A stretch of DNA of 64,000 nucleotides from Bacilli bacterium (GTDB lineage Bacteria; Bacillota_I; Bacilli_A; RF39; UBA660): contig JAFSEX010000005.1 of the NCBI GenBank assembly GCA_017435465.1, positions 70,793 to 134,792 of the forward strand, in the 5' to 3' direction. Below, piece by piece: positions 36,724 to 46,884 of this stretch. The notes beneath the pieces are model-generated. The model was not told where the DNA came from, made no database searches, and saw only the letters and a program-made list of their open reading frames with translations. Position 1 is the first letter of the stretch. Every line of letters starts with the position of its first letter. Made by a program: the position numbers and the translations under genes.

Positions 36724-38007
36724 TTATATATTTAATCTTTCAACTATTTTTTTTATTTTATTCTTTAAATCATTTTCATCAATGTCTAAAAGCAATTGTT
36801 GATTTTCCATTAAAATATCACCATTTATAATAGTTGTTTCTACATTATTAAATGATATTCCATGAACTATTTGTGAAATAATATCATTAACTGGATAAAT
36901 TTCAATATTATTAAGATTTAAAATTATCATATCAGCTTTTTTACCTACTTCAATACTACCAATCTTATCATCTAAATTAAAAGCTTTTGCGCCATTTATA
37001 GTTGCCATTTTAAGCACATCATAAGAATTTATAACTGTAGGATCTTTAAATAAAGCTTTTTGAAGCATATCAACATATCTTATATGTTCAAACATATTTA
37101 AACTATTTCCAGAACCCTGACCATCAGTTCCAATACATACATTAATATTATTCTTAATATATTTAGATATTGGTGCAAAACCACATCCTAAATTTAAATT
37201 ACTAATTGGATTATGAACAATACTTATATCTTTATCTTTTAATAACTCAATTTCTTCATCATCAATAAATACTCCATGAGCTAAAACAAGTTTATTTTCA
37301 AATAAATTTAATTTATCTAATACATACGCAGGCTTTAAATTATATGTATTTTTTATTGTTTCAATTTCATCTAAATTTTCTGAAAAATGCATATGAATAG
37401 GTAAATTATATTTTAAAGCAAGTTTTTGTATTTTATCTAAATAATCTTTAGAACATGTATATAATGAATGTGGTGAAACTGAAAAAGTAATAAGAGGGGA
37501 TTTATCTTTATTTTCCTCATATAAATTTATAAATTCATTAATTCTCTCATCACCATTACCATCACTATCCATAAGACATCTAGTAAAAATTTCCCTAATT
37601 TTAGTGTTTTTAACTGCATCAATTGTATTCTTTCCAAAATAATGATCTGCACTTGTTGTAGTACCTGTTTTAATCATTTCAATACAAGAAAGTAACGTAG
37701 TATAATAAATATCTTCATCAGTCATATTGTTTTCAATTGGCCATATCTTTTTATTTAACCAATCCATTAAAGATAAAGAATCATTAGTGCATCTAAAAAT
37801 ACTCATTCCTAAATGTGTATGACAATTAATTAATCCAGGCATAATAACTTTATTAGTAGCATCTATTAATTTATCATAATTACCCAAATAATTTTCTTCT
37901 AAAGCTATAATTGTATCATTTTCAATAACAACATCCAATTTTTCTATTTTTTCATTACGTTTATCATCCATTGTAATTACTAAACCTTTTTTTATTACTG
38001 TTATCAT
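36724..38007 (-). CDS. mtaD: Amidohydrolase, MTA/SAH deaminase-like
   Basis: PGLINCHTHLGMSIFR metal-binding motif plus HMHFSE, AHGV and GTDG motifs of the ATZ/TRZ-MtaD group. Confidence 0.65.
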   Translation of the reverse strand: MITVIKKGLVITMDDKRNEKIEKLDVVIENDTIIALEENYLGNYDKLIDATNKVIMPGLINCHTHLGMSIFRCTNDSLSLMDWLNKKIWPIENNMTDEDIYYTTLLSCIEMIKTGTTTSADHYFGKNTIDAVKNTKIREIFTRCLMDSDGNGDERINEFINLYEENKDKSPLITFSVSPHSLYTCSKDYLDKIQKLALKYNLPIHMHFSENLDEIETIKNTYNLKPAYVLDKLNLFENKLVLAHGVFIDDEEIELLKDKDISIVHNPISNLNLGCGFAPISKYIKNNINVCIGTDGQGSGNSLNMFEHIRYVDMLQKALFKDPTVINSYDVLKMATINGAKAFNLDDKIGSIEVGKKADMIILNLNNIEIYPVNDIISQIVHGISFNNVETTIINGDILMENQQLLLDIDENDLKNKIKKIVERLNI

Positions 38008-38063
38008 AATATCACCAATTTAATTGTACAATAAAAAACCACTAAATAAAAGTGGTTTTTAAA

Positions 38064-39029
38064 TTAATTAGATGAATTTATTAATTGATCCATATATTTT
38101 TCATATTTACTTTTTACATCATCATCATGAATTTCTAATCCAGCTTCTTTTCTTATTTCATATAATGCTTTATATCTTAGTTTTGTATCATCATTTAATT
38201 TTTTAGTTACCAAACTATCAATTATTGTATCTTTAACACTCTTTAATTTTGGTTTCTTTTTTTGATCAGTTTTTAAAATAATATGATATCCAAATTCAGA
38301 TTCAACTGGTTCACTAGAATATTTACCAACTTCAAGTTTAACTACAGCATTTTCAAATGCATCAACCATTTGTCCTTTTGGAAAATATCCTAAATCCCCA
38401 CCTTTTTCAGCAGAACCATCATCAGAATATTCTTTAGCTAAATCTTCAAATTTTTCTCCATTATTTAATTTTTCAATGATAGATTTAGCTTCTTTTAATG
38501 CCGCTTCTTTAGCTTTCTTTTGTTCTTCTTCACTAGCATCATCGCTAGTTTCAGGCTTAATCAAAATATGACTTGCTTTAATATCTCCACGAACATCATT
38601 TTCATAGTATTTATTGATATCATCATCAGTAATTTGTTTTGAAACATAATCTTCAACCGCCAAATTTCTTCTATAGTCTAAAGCAATTTGTGCTCTTAAA
38701 TCATCTTCAGTCATATTTGCTTGTGCAAGAGCTTGAACAAATCCTTCCTCACCATATTGTTGGACAAACATAGAAATTTGACTATCAACATAATCTTTTA
38801 ATTCATCATTATCTTCATATTTTTTTTCTAATATTACTTTATCGATTAATTCAATCATTACATCTCTACCATATTTTTCTCTTAATTCAGAATACATATC
38901 ATTTGCACTAATATTTTTCCCATCAATTTGAACAAATACTTCTTCACCATTTTTAAGCACAGGAACTTTCCCACACCCTGTTAATAAAACAAAACTAAAA
39001 CATAACATTAATATTACTTTTTTCTTCAT
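38064..39029 (-). CDS. prsA: Foldase lipoprotein PrsA (parvulin-type PPIase)
   Basis: Lipobox LLTGCG. Parvulin domain ASHILIK...GGDLGYFPKGQMVDAFE...SEFGYHIILK. Confidence 0.85.
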   Translation of the reverse strand: MKKKVILMLCFSFVLLTGCGKVPVLKNGEEVFVQIDGKNISANDMYSELREKYGRDVMIELIDKVILEKKYEDNDELKDYVDSQISMFVQQYGEEGFVQALAQANMTEDDLRAQIALDYRRNLAVEDYVSKQITDDDINKYYENDVRGDIKASHILIKPETSDDASEEEQKKAKEAALKEAKSIIEKLNNGEKFEDLAKEYSDDGSAEKGGDLGYFPKGQMVDAFENAVVKLEVGKYSSEPVESEFGYHIILKTDQKKKPKLKSVKDTIIDSLVTKKLNDDTKLRYKALYEIRKEAGLEIHDDDVKSKYEKYMDQLINSSN

Positions 39030-39188
39030 GTCAATTCTCCCTTCTAAGTAACACCTATATCATATCAAAACTAAAATAAAAAAACAATAAATTATATTAA
39101 TCATAAATAAAAAATATTAAAAATCTATTCACACAAATTAGTATTTTTGTATAAAATACTGTGAATAAGAAAAAAGGAGGTATGAATT

Positions 39189-39272
39189 ATGGGTCAATCA
39201 TGTGTATCAGGAGCTGCTATCGCATTAGTATTATTTATCTTATTAGTAATCATACTTGGAGCATTTTTTTAA
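39189..39272 (+). CDS. YjcZ-like tiny hydrophobic peptide (27 aa)
   Basis: MGQSCVSGAAIALVLFILLVIILGAFF after RBS AGGAGG. It resembles the tiny-TM 'sporulation protein YjcZ' family pattern (G-rich head, then ALIVVLFILLIIVG). Not in the ORF track. Confidence 0.55.
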   Translation: MGQSCVSGAAIALVLFILLVIILGAFF

Positions 39273-39285
39273 GGGGGTGTAAATA

Positions 39286-39411
39286 ATGTCTTGCAATCAA
39301 AATTCTTGTAATACAAATGTAAACAATTGTGGTCACAATAATGGTTTTGTGATAATAATTGCATTATATGTTCTTTTAGCAATCATTCTTGGTTCGGCAT
39401 TCTTTTACTAA
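39286..39411 (+). CDS. YjcZ-like tiny hydrophobic peptide (41 aa) with an Asn/Cys-rich head
   Basis: MSCNQNSCNTNVNNCGHNNGFVIIIALYVLLAIILGSAFFY after RBS GGGGGTG. A hairpin terminator follows at about 39418-39450. Confidence 0.5.
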   Translation: MSCNQNSCNTNVNNCGHNNGFVIIIALYVLLAIILGSAFFY

Positions 39412-39493
39412 AAGATAAAAAAATAATGGGGATTCCTCATTATTTTTTATTTTTTTGCTATATATGATATAATTTTCTTGGTGATGAAGTATC

Positions 39494-40438
39494 ATGAAAC
39501 ATTATAAACTTATTCATAAAAATAAAAATGTAGAATATAAAAATTATAAAAATGGAAACATTTTAAAACTTAAAATAGGATTGGGTATTTTATCTGTTTC
39601 TTTAACTGCATTTTCAATAGCTAATCCTGAGGTATTTATTGATAATACACAAAATGTTATATATACTGTAAATGAATTTTTTAGTGACTCTGGCAATATT
39701 GAAAATTTAGATACTACTAATCAAGAATATTTAAAAGAATTTGAAAATAAATTATATTCAAATATTCCTTCACAATACTTAAAAAATTATAATAATAATA
39801 TTAATAATTTAAAATATTATAATAATAATAATGATTTAAATAAAATTGTTGGTACTAGTGGATATTATGATGTTAAAACTAATAGAATGGTTAATATATT
39901 ATCAAATAGACATGTTATATTTCATGAATTAATGCACATGGCTTCTTCTAATGGTAAATATTGTGGTTTTTCTAATGGAAAAACTGCTATTGGATTAACA
40001 GAGGGATATACTGAATATTTAGTTAAATTCCTATTTCCAGATAAATATATAGGCTATCCAAAAGAAGTACAAATTATTAAAATTCTAAACAGTATAATTG
40101 GAGAAGAAAAAATAATGCAATATTATTTTACTAATAATTTAGAAGGTTTAAAAAAAGATTTAATTAGTATTTATGGGACACAAAAAGATGTTGATAATTT
40201 AATAAAATTGATTGATAATTATAACATAACTAATGATGATAAAATACTTAGCGAAATAGCGCAACTATTATTAAAATATTGTTATTCACATCAACAAAAA
40301 CAAGAATCAAATTTTGAAATAGATACTAATATAAGAATATTTATATATAATATGTATAACAATGATAATTTTAATGAGTTAGAAGAAAATGTTAAAGAAG
40401 AAATTACAAATTCTAATTCACAAAAAAAATTTAATTAA
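39494..40438 (+). CDS. Membrane-anchored putative zinc metallopeptidase (HExxH), paralogue 1
   Basis: N-terminal TM helix. FHELMHMASS is followed about 17 aa later by GLTEGYTEYL, a possible third ligand Glu. It is paralogous to the next ORF. Confidence 0.5.
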   Translation: MKHYKLIHKNKNVEYKNYKNGNILKLKIGLGILSVSLTAFSIANPEVFIDNTQNVIYTVNEFFSDSGNIENLDTTNQEYLKEFENKLYSNIPSQYLKNYNNNINNLKYYNNNNDLNKIVGTSGYYDVKTNRMVNILSNRHVIFHELMHMASSNGKYCGFSNGKTAIGLTEGYTEYLVKFLFPDKYIGYPKEVQIIKILNSIIGEEKIMQYYFTNNLEGLKKDLISIYGTQKDVDNLIKLIDNYNITNDDKILSEIAQLLLKYCYSHQQKQESNFEIDTNIRIFIYNMYNNDNFNELEENVKEEITNSNSQKKFN

Positions 40439-40452
40439 AGAAAGGACGTTTT

Positions 40453-41454
40453 ATGAAAAAATATAGATTAATGCAAAACACTAATCATTTAGAAATAAAA
40501 GAATATAAAAAAAATAAAAGTAAATTTAAAAAAATAAAATTATCTTCTGGAATAGTAGCTGTTTCATTAGCGGTTTTTACAATAACAAAACCACAAACTT
40601 TTGTTAATAATATTCAATATATTACATATGCAGTTAATGAAATTTTTACAGATTCAAATGATATAGAAAATTTAGATTCAAAAACCTTAAAAGAAATACA
40701 AGAATTTGAAAATAAATTATCTGAAAATATTCCATTGGAATATTTGAAAAATTATTACAATAATATAAGAGATTTAAAATATTATAATAATCCAAATGAT
40801 TTGGAAAAATTTTGGGGTACTAAAGGATATTATAGTATTAAAGCTAATAGAATGGTTAATATTTCCCCACAAAAACACATTAAATTTCATGAATTAATGC
40901 ATATGGCCTCATCTAATAATAAATATTCAGGATTTAGTGATGGTAAAACAGCTATTGGTATAACAGAGGGATATACTGAATATTTAGTATTGAAACTTTT
41001 TGAGGATGATATAGAAACCATGTTTGCATATTCTAAAGAAATAGAAGTTATAGAAGTATTAAATAAAATTATTGGTGAAGATAAAATGATGAAATATTAT
41101 TTTACAAATGATTTAGAAAGTTTAAAAAATGATTTATGTAACATTTGGGGAACTGAAAAAGATGTTGATAAATTAATAGAAAATATAGATATATATACAA
41201 CAAAAAAAGAATATAGAAAACTTGATGATATTGGACGTTCATTAATAAAATATTCATATTTATCTGAAATAAAGAAAAATAATAGTTTAACTATTGATAA
41301 AAAATTTAAATATCTTTTAGATGGATTACATTATAAATATGATTTTGAAGAGTTAGAAAATGAAGTTTTGGATGAAATATATAATGAATTAAATATAAAT
41401 AAAAACAAAGTAACAATTGATTTTGTAGAGAAAAATGATAATACAAAAAAATAA
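40453..41454 (+). CDS. Membrane-anchored putative zinc metallopeptidase (HExxH), paralogue 2
   Basis: Same architecture: FHELMHMASS...GITEGYTEYL. Long collinear similarity to the 39494 product. Confidence 0.5.
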   Translation: MKKYRLMQNTNHLEIKEYKKNKSKFKKIKLSSGIVAVSLAVFTITKPQTFVNNIQYITYAVNEIFTDSNDIENLDSKTLKEIQEFENKLSENIPLEYLKNYYNNIRDLKYYNNPNDLEKFWGTKGYYSIKANRMVNISPQKHIKFHELMHMASSNNKYSGFSDGKTAIGITEGYTEYLVLKLFEDDIETMFAYSKEIEVIEVLNKIIGEDKMMKYYFTNDLESLKNDLCNIWGTEKDVDKLIENIDIYTTKKEYRKLDDIGRSLIKYSYLSEIKKNNSLTIDKKFKYLLDGLHYKYDFEELENEVLDEIYNELNINKNKVTIDFVEKNDNTKK

Positions 41455-41468
41455 GAATTTTATGGTTC

Positions 41469-41858
41469 TTATTTTTTTAATATATCAAATATTTCTTCAA
41501 CTTCTTTTAATTGTTCTTTATCGTATAAATTTTTCCAACCATCATTTTCATATCTTGGCATTAAATGCATATGATAATGTTTTACTTCTTGCGCAATACC
41601 ATTATTTTGAGCAAATGTACATCCTTTTGCCCCAAGCTTTTCAACTACTAATTTATACATATCTTTTTGAACTTTAACAATATGTTTCATTACTTCATCA
41701 TCAATATCTGTTATATCAAGATAATGTTCTTTTGGAATAATTAACATATGTCCATTAGTATTTGGTTCGATATCTAAAAAAACTTTTACGATATCATCTT
41801 CATATAAAGTGTAAGAAGGTATTTCACCCTTAATTATTTTACAAAAAATACAATCCAT
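41469..41858 (-). CDS. HIT-family nucleotide hydrolase (Hint-like)
   Basis: CIFCKII N-terminus and histidine triad VKHYHMHLMP. Confidence 0.9.
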   Translation of the reverse strand: MDCIFCKIIKGEIPSYTLYEDDIVKVFLDIEPNTNGHMLIIPKEHYLDITDIDDEVMKHIVKVQKDMYKLVVEKLGAKGCTFAQNNGIAQEVKHYHMHLMPRYENDGWKNLYDKEQLKEVEEIFDILKK

Positions 41859-41965
41859 TTTTATCAGCCTCCATATTTATTTTATAAAAAAAAGAAAATG
41901 CTTTCAAGCATTTTCACGTGAATACTAACAAATATCTATTTTAATTATGGACGATAAAATAAATT

Positions 41966-42760
41966 TTATTCACTAATTATATATTTTTTTATAATATCTG
42001 GATTATTAGTAATAATATCTATTTTATCAAAGTTTTCACCAGATACTTTCTTAAGTTTTTTTAACTGATAATAATTATCTACAGTCCATACATTTATTAT
42101 TTTTTTCTTTTTTAATTTTTTTTCAATGATTTCTTTAGTTAATTTAGAATATTCAATAGAAATAAAGTTTAAATTCATTTTTAATTTATTATCTATATTT
42201 CTATTACCAATAAGGATTCCTAAATTTAGTGTGGGATCTTTTTTATTTAAGTCATTAATTATTTTTCTACTAAAACTTTGAATCATAATATTTTTAGTAT
42301 CATATTTTTTTAATAATTTATAAAAGTTATCAATATCAAAACATTCATCACTTTTATATTTTATTTCAATTAATAAATGTTTATCTTTAACTAAATTTAA
42401 TACGTGTTCTAAAGTAACTATTTTAGAACTTTTATTTTTTATATTCTTTAATCTCTTACGTATAAGTTTTCCATCTCTATGAAAGAATGAATGAAAAAAC
42501 ACCTTTTTAATATCTAATTTATTACTTTTAAAATTAAATTTTCTAAGATCATCTAAAGTTAAATCACAAATTCTACCTTCCCCATTGGAAATATTATTAA
42601 TATAAGAATCATGTACTACTACAAATTTCTTATCTTTAGTCATTCTAATATCTATTTCAATACCATAAATATAATCATATTTAAAAGCCTCTTTAATTGC
42701 TTCAATAGAATTTTCTGGATAAATAGAAGAGAATCCTCTATGAGCATATATTTTTGTCAT
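41966..42760 (-). CDS. Glycerophosphodiester phosphodiesterase
   Basis: IYAHRGFS...ENSIEA...IEIDIRMTKD...VVVHD motifs (GDPD family). The start is set at MTKIYAHRG, after RBS GAGGTG. Confidence 0.85.
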   Translation of the reverse strand: MTKIYAHRGFSSIYPENSIEAIKEAFKYDYIYGIEIDIRMTKDKKFVVVHDSYINNISNGEGRICDLTLDDLRKFNFKSNKLDIKKVFFHSFFHRDGKLIRKRLKNIKNKSSKIVTLEHVLNLVKDKHLLIEIKYKSDECFDIDNFYKLLKKYDTKNIMIQSFSRKIINDLNKKDPTLNLGILIGNRNIDNKLKMNLNFISIEYSKLTKEIIEKKLKKKKIINVWTVDNYYQLKKLKKVSGENFDKIDIITNNPDIIKKYIISE

Positions 42761-42778
42761 AAAACACCTCATTAAATT

Positions 42779-43168
42779 CTATTTCTTTGTGTAAATTTTT
42801 TGAACATTTTTTTCTATACCTAAAGCTTTTAATACTGGTTCTGATAAAATAATAATTAATAATTCAAATGGAAGATATCCTCTAAAATAATATAATTCCT
42901 CTGGATTAATACCATCTTTCAAAACAAAATTTAAATTTTGTTCACCATATACATCAAAATATTTATTAAACATTTTAAAATTATTTGTTTTATCTCTACT
43001 CATTTCAAAAGAAAATTTAATATCTTTTTGTTTCAATTCATTTGAAATAGCGTTCTGATATCTATTTAAGGTTTGTAAATCTATACTTTTTATTCCTTTC
43101 TTTTCATATAATGAACAAACTGCATTTCCGACTAAATCTTCTAGTTCTATTATCATCATCTTAACCAC
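42779..43168 (-). CDS. Hypothetical protein
   Basis: 129-aa ORF. No motif recognised. The start is ambiguous (GTG at 43168 or ATG at 43159). Confidence 0.45.
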   Translation of the reverse strand: MVKMMIIELEDLVGNAVCSLYEKKGIKSIDLQTLNRYQNAISNELKQKDIKFSFEMSRDKTNNFKMFNKYFDVYGEQNLNFVLKDGINPEELYYFRGYLPFELLIIILSEPVLKALGIEKNVQKIYTKK

Positions 43169-43268
43169 TCACTTTCTAAATAATTATAACATATTCTCCA
43201 AGTAATATTACTCAAACAATTGTTAAATAAGGAAAAAAGTGTTAAAATTTATATACGAGGTGGAAATT

Positions 43269-44024
43269 ATGTTAAGAATCGAAAATCTTAATGTTAGTAT
43301 AGATAGTAAGGAAATTTTAAAGAATTTTAACTTATCAGTAGATGAAGGTGAAGTCCACGTAATAATGGGTCCAAATGGAGTAGGTAAATCTACTTTGTCA
43401 AAAGTTTTAATTGGTGATAAAAATTATAAAGTAAATAATGGTAACATTTATTACTATGATGAAAATATAAAAGATTTAACTATTGATGAAAGAAGTAGAA
43501 AAGGAATATTTATTGCGTATCAACATCCACAAGAAATTGAAGGAGTTAACAATATTGATTTTTTAAAAACCGCACTTATGGCACGATTAGATAAACCTAT
43601 TAATTTATATGAATTTGCCAAAAGTATAGAAAAATTAAGTAATGATTTAAAACTTAAAGAAAACATGTTATATAGAAATATAAATGCAGGTTTTTCTGGT
43701 GGAGAAAAAAAGAAAAATGAAATTTTACAAATGCGTTTATTAAAACCTAATTTAGTTATCTTAGATGAAATAGATTCTGGATTAGATGTAGATAGTTTAA
43801 AAATAGTTTGTGAAAACACTTTAGAATATTTAAAAGAAAATCCTAAAACATCTGTGGTAATAATTACACATTATCCAAGAATTTTAGAATATATTAAACC
43901 AGATTATGTACATATTATGAAAAATGGAAAAATAGTTGAGACTGGCGATTACTCATTATCCTTAAAAATTGAAAAAGAAGGTTTTGAAAATATTGGTACA
44001 AATATTATAGAGGATAATAAATAA
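43269..44024 (+). CDS. sufC: Fe-S cluster assembly ATPase SufC
   Basis: GPNGVGKSTL Walker A, SGGEKKKNEILQ signature and ILDEIDSGLD Walker B. The start is at 43269, after RBS GAGGTGG. Confidence 0.9.
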   Translation: MLRIENLNVSIDSKEILKNFNLSVDEGEVHVIMGPNGVGKSTLSKVLIGDKNYKVNNGNIYYYDENIKDLTIDERSRKGIFIAYQHPQEIEGVNNIDFLKTALMARLDKPINLYEFAKSIEKLSNDLKLKENMLYRNINAGFSGGEKKKNEILQMRLLKPNLVILDEIDSGLDVDSLKIVCENTLEYLKENPKTSVVIITHYPRILEYIKPDYVHIMKNGKIVETGDYSLSLKIEKEGFENIGTNIIEDNK

Positions 44025-44025
44025 T

Positions 44026-44790
44026 ATGAATATAATAAATATAGTTAATAATAAAATAAGTAATAGTAAAATAAATAATAAAATAAAATTAAAAGAAAAT
44101 AAAAATATTTGTATAGATATTATTGATAATACTAAATTATATATAGAAATAGATGGTATTAATATTAAAAGTAATATAGATATTAATATAGATGAAAATG
44201 TTAATAGTAGAATATTTGTATTTTCTAATTCAATAGATTCAAAAATAAATATTAATGTTAATCAAAATAAAAATAGTAATTTAATATTAAATAGTTTTTA
44301 TAAAAATGATGATGTAAAAGAAAATACTATAATAAATTTAAATGGTTATAATAGCAATATAGAATATAATTATTCATGTATTGGAAAGACTAATAAAAGT
44401 TTAAGAATTAATCATTATTTTAGTAAAACAAATAGTATTGTTAAAAATCGTTCAGTATCAAATAATGATGAAATTGAATTTGAAATTATAGAATATGTAC
44501 CAAAAGGAAGTATTGATTGTAATTTATCACAATCTAGTAAAATAATTAATTTGAAAGAAAATAAATGTAAAATTAAACCAATACTTTTAATAGATGAAAA
44601 AGAAGTAAATGCTTCGCATTCATCTGTAATTAGTCCAATAAATGATAGTGATTTACTATATTTAATGAGTAGAGGAATTGACGAACACAATTCAATTAAT
44701 TTACTTGTTAATGGATTTTTAGTTAATAATTTAAATTTAAATGAAGAAGAAAAACATATATTATTTGAAAAATATATATTTAGGAGGTGA
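44026..44790 (+). CDS. sufD: Short SufD-like Fe-S assembly protein
   Basis: The C-terminus (NASHSSVISPINDSDLLYLMSRGIDEHNSINLLVNGFL) matches the SufB/SufD C-terminal signature. At 254 aa it is much shorter than typical SufD. Confidence 0.7.
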   Translation: MNIINIVNNKISNSKINNKIKLKENKNICIDIIDNTKLYIEIDGINIKSNIDINIDENVNSRIFVFSNSIDSKININVNQNKNSNLILNSFYKNDDVKENTIINLNGYNSNIEYNYSCIGKTNKSLRINHYFSKTNSIVKNRSVSNNDEIEFEIIEYVPKGSIDCNLSQSSKIINLKENKCKIKPILLIDEKEVNASHSSVISPINDSDLLYLMSRGIDEHNSINLLVNGFLVNNLNLNEEEKHILFEKYIFRR

Positions 44791-44795
44791 AATAA

Positions 44796-45995
44796 ATGAA
44801 TATAAGAGAAGAATTTCCAATGTTAGATAAAAATATAATTTATTTTGATAATGGCGCAACTACATTTAAGCCTAAAATGGTTATAGATAGTATTTGTGAT
44901 TATTATACAAATTATTGTTCAAATGCTCATAGAGGTGATTATAACATTAGTTTAAAAACTGATATGATGTATGAAGGAGCAAGAAAAAAAATTAAAGATT
45001 TGATAAATTCATCTAGAGCAGAAGAAATAATTTTTACTAGTGGAACTACAGAAAGTATAAATATGGTTATTGAATCTTTTTTCAAAAATATACTAAAAGA
45101 AAATGATGAAATATTACTTACAAAAAGTGAACATGCATCTAATTTGCTTCCTTGGTTTGAACTTTGTAAAAAAATAAATTGTAAAGTTAAATATATTGAA
45201 TTAGACAGTGATTATAAAGTTACTATGGGAAATGTAATTAGTGCAATAAATGAAAATACAAAAGTAATATCACTTGCTCATATCACAAATGTAGTAGGAG
45301 ATATAAGACCAATAAAAGAAATATGTGAATATGCACATTCAAAAGGTATTTATGTAATTGTTGATGGTGCACAAAGCGTTCCACATATGAAAGTCGATGT
45401 GACTGATTTGGATGTAGATTTCCTAGCTTTCTCAGCTCATAAAATGTGCGGACCAACAGGAATAGGTGTATTATATGGCAAATATGATTTATTAAATGAA
45501 ATGACCCCATATAAATTAGGTGGAGGAATGAATGCATCATTTTCATCAAATGGAGAAATAGAATATAAAAGTTTACCACATAGATTAGAAGCAGGTACTC
45601 CAAATATTGCTGGGGCAATTGGAATGGGTGCAGCTGCAGATTATTTAAAAGTTTTAGATTTAGACAAAATTCGTGAATATGAATTAAAACTTCGCGAATA
45701 TTTAGTTAGAAAATTAAAAGAAATAGACAATATAGAAGTATATAATGAAAATAGTGAAAGTGGTATAGTTGCTTTCAATATTAAAAATGTATTTAGTCAA
45801 GATACTGCAATTTTCTTAAATGATTATAATATTTGTGTAAGAGCAGGTAATCATTGTGCAAAAATTTTAAAAGAAGAATTAGAAATTAAAAATACTTGTA
45901 GAATAAGTTTATATTTCTATAATACAAAAGAAGAAATTGATAAATTAATTAGTGTTTTAAGAAATAGTGATACCCTTTATCAACAAATATTATAA
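44796..45995 (+). CDS. sufS: Cysteine desulfurase SufS
   Basis: Class V aminotransferase. SAHKMCGPTGIG carries the PLP lysine and RAGNHCA the active-site Cys loop. Confidence 0.9.
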   Translation: MNIREEFPMLDKNIIYFDNGATTFKPKMVIDSICDYYTNYCSNAHRGDYNISLKTDMMYEGARKKIKDLINSSRAEEIIFTSGTTESINMVIESFFKNILKENDEILLTKSEHASNLLPWFELCKKINCKVKYIELDSDYKVTMGNVISAINENTKVISLAHITNVVGDIRPIKEICEYAHSKGIYVIVDGAQSVPHMKVDVTDLDVDFLAFSAHKMCGPTGIGVLYGKYDLLNEMTPYKLGGGMNASFSSNGEIEYKSLPHRLEAGTPNIAGAIGMGAAADYLKVLDLDKIREYELKLREYLVRKLKEIDNIEVYNENSESGIVAFNIKNVFSQDTAIFLNDYNICVRAGNHCAKILKEELEIKNTCRISLYFYNTKEEIDKLISVLRNSDTLYQQIL

Positions 45996-46420
45996 TGGAT
46001 CCTAATTTAAGAAGAACAATTATTTTAGATAATTATCAAAACCCAACAAATAAAGGATTAATAGAAGATGAAGGATATATAAAATTAAACACTAATAATG
46101 AAAGTTGTATAGATGAATTTGACTTTCAAATAAAAATTGAAAATAATATCATTAAAGATATAAGATTTGATGGAGAAGCATGTGCAATTTCTACATCTTC
46201 TGCATCAATTATGATAAAAACATTAATTGGTAAAACTATTGATGAGGCTTTAAACATTATAAATAATTATGAAAATATGATAGATGAAAAAGAATATGAT
46301 AGTAATATTTTAGAAGAAGCAAACGTATATGATGAAATATATAAACAACCAAATAGAAAAAAATGTGCATTATTATCATGGAGCGGACTTAAAAGTGTAT
46401 TGATAAAACATAACGAATAA
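45995..46420 (+). CDS. sufU: Fe-S cluster scaffold / sulfur acceptor SufU
   Basis: IILDNYQNPTNKG, NESCID and GEACAIS motifs (IscU/SufU family). Confidence 0.85.
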   Translation: MDPNLRRTIILDNYQNPTNKGLIEDEGYIKLNTNNESCIDEFDFQIKIENNIIKDIRFDGEACAISTSSASIMIKTLIGKTIDEALNIINNYENMIDEKEYDSNILEEANVYDEIYKQPNRKKCALLSWSGLKSVLIKHNE

Positions 46421-46448
46421 TATAATTAGAATTATAGGATGTGATCAA

Positions 46449-46865
46449 ATGATATTTGAAGAAAAAAGATTTGTGGTTGCAAATATACTAATAAAAACAC
46501 CAACAAATATTATTGGTGGTGGAAATATTATGGCAGTACAACTAAGTAAAGATAAATTATTTGATTTTGTTAATTATAAGGAATATGAAATAATTAATAA
46601 TACCAATAATCTAAAAGAGGGTGTATATGCACAAGTAATAAATAGACCTTTTAAAAATTCTAATAAAGTAATATCAACCAAAATTTTCAAAGAAAAAGAA
46701 TTCAAAAAATATATAAAAGAGATTGAAAAACAACAAAAACAATTCGAGGAATGTTTGAATAATCCTGAATATATTCAAAAAGCAAATGTACATTGTTCAG
46801 AAGACTCTTATTTATACGTTGACAAAACACCTAAGAAAAAAGTTTTTAATAAAAAGTTACCATAA
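46449..46865 (+). CDS. Hypothetical protein
   Basis: ORF only. The start may be the internal MAVQLSK. No motif recognised. Confidence 0.4.
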   Translation: MIFEEKRFVVANILIKTPTNIIGGGNIMAVQLSKDKLFDFVNYKEYEIINNTNNLKEGVYAQVINRPFKNSNKVISTKIFKEKEFKKYIKEIEKQQKQFEECLNNPEYIQKANVHCSEDSYLYVDKTPKKKVFNKKLP

Positions 46866-46884
46866 ATTTTTGTGGTAACTTTCT

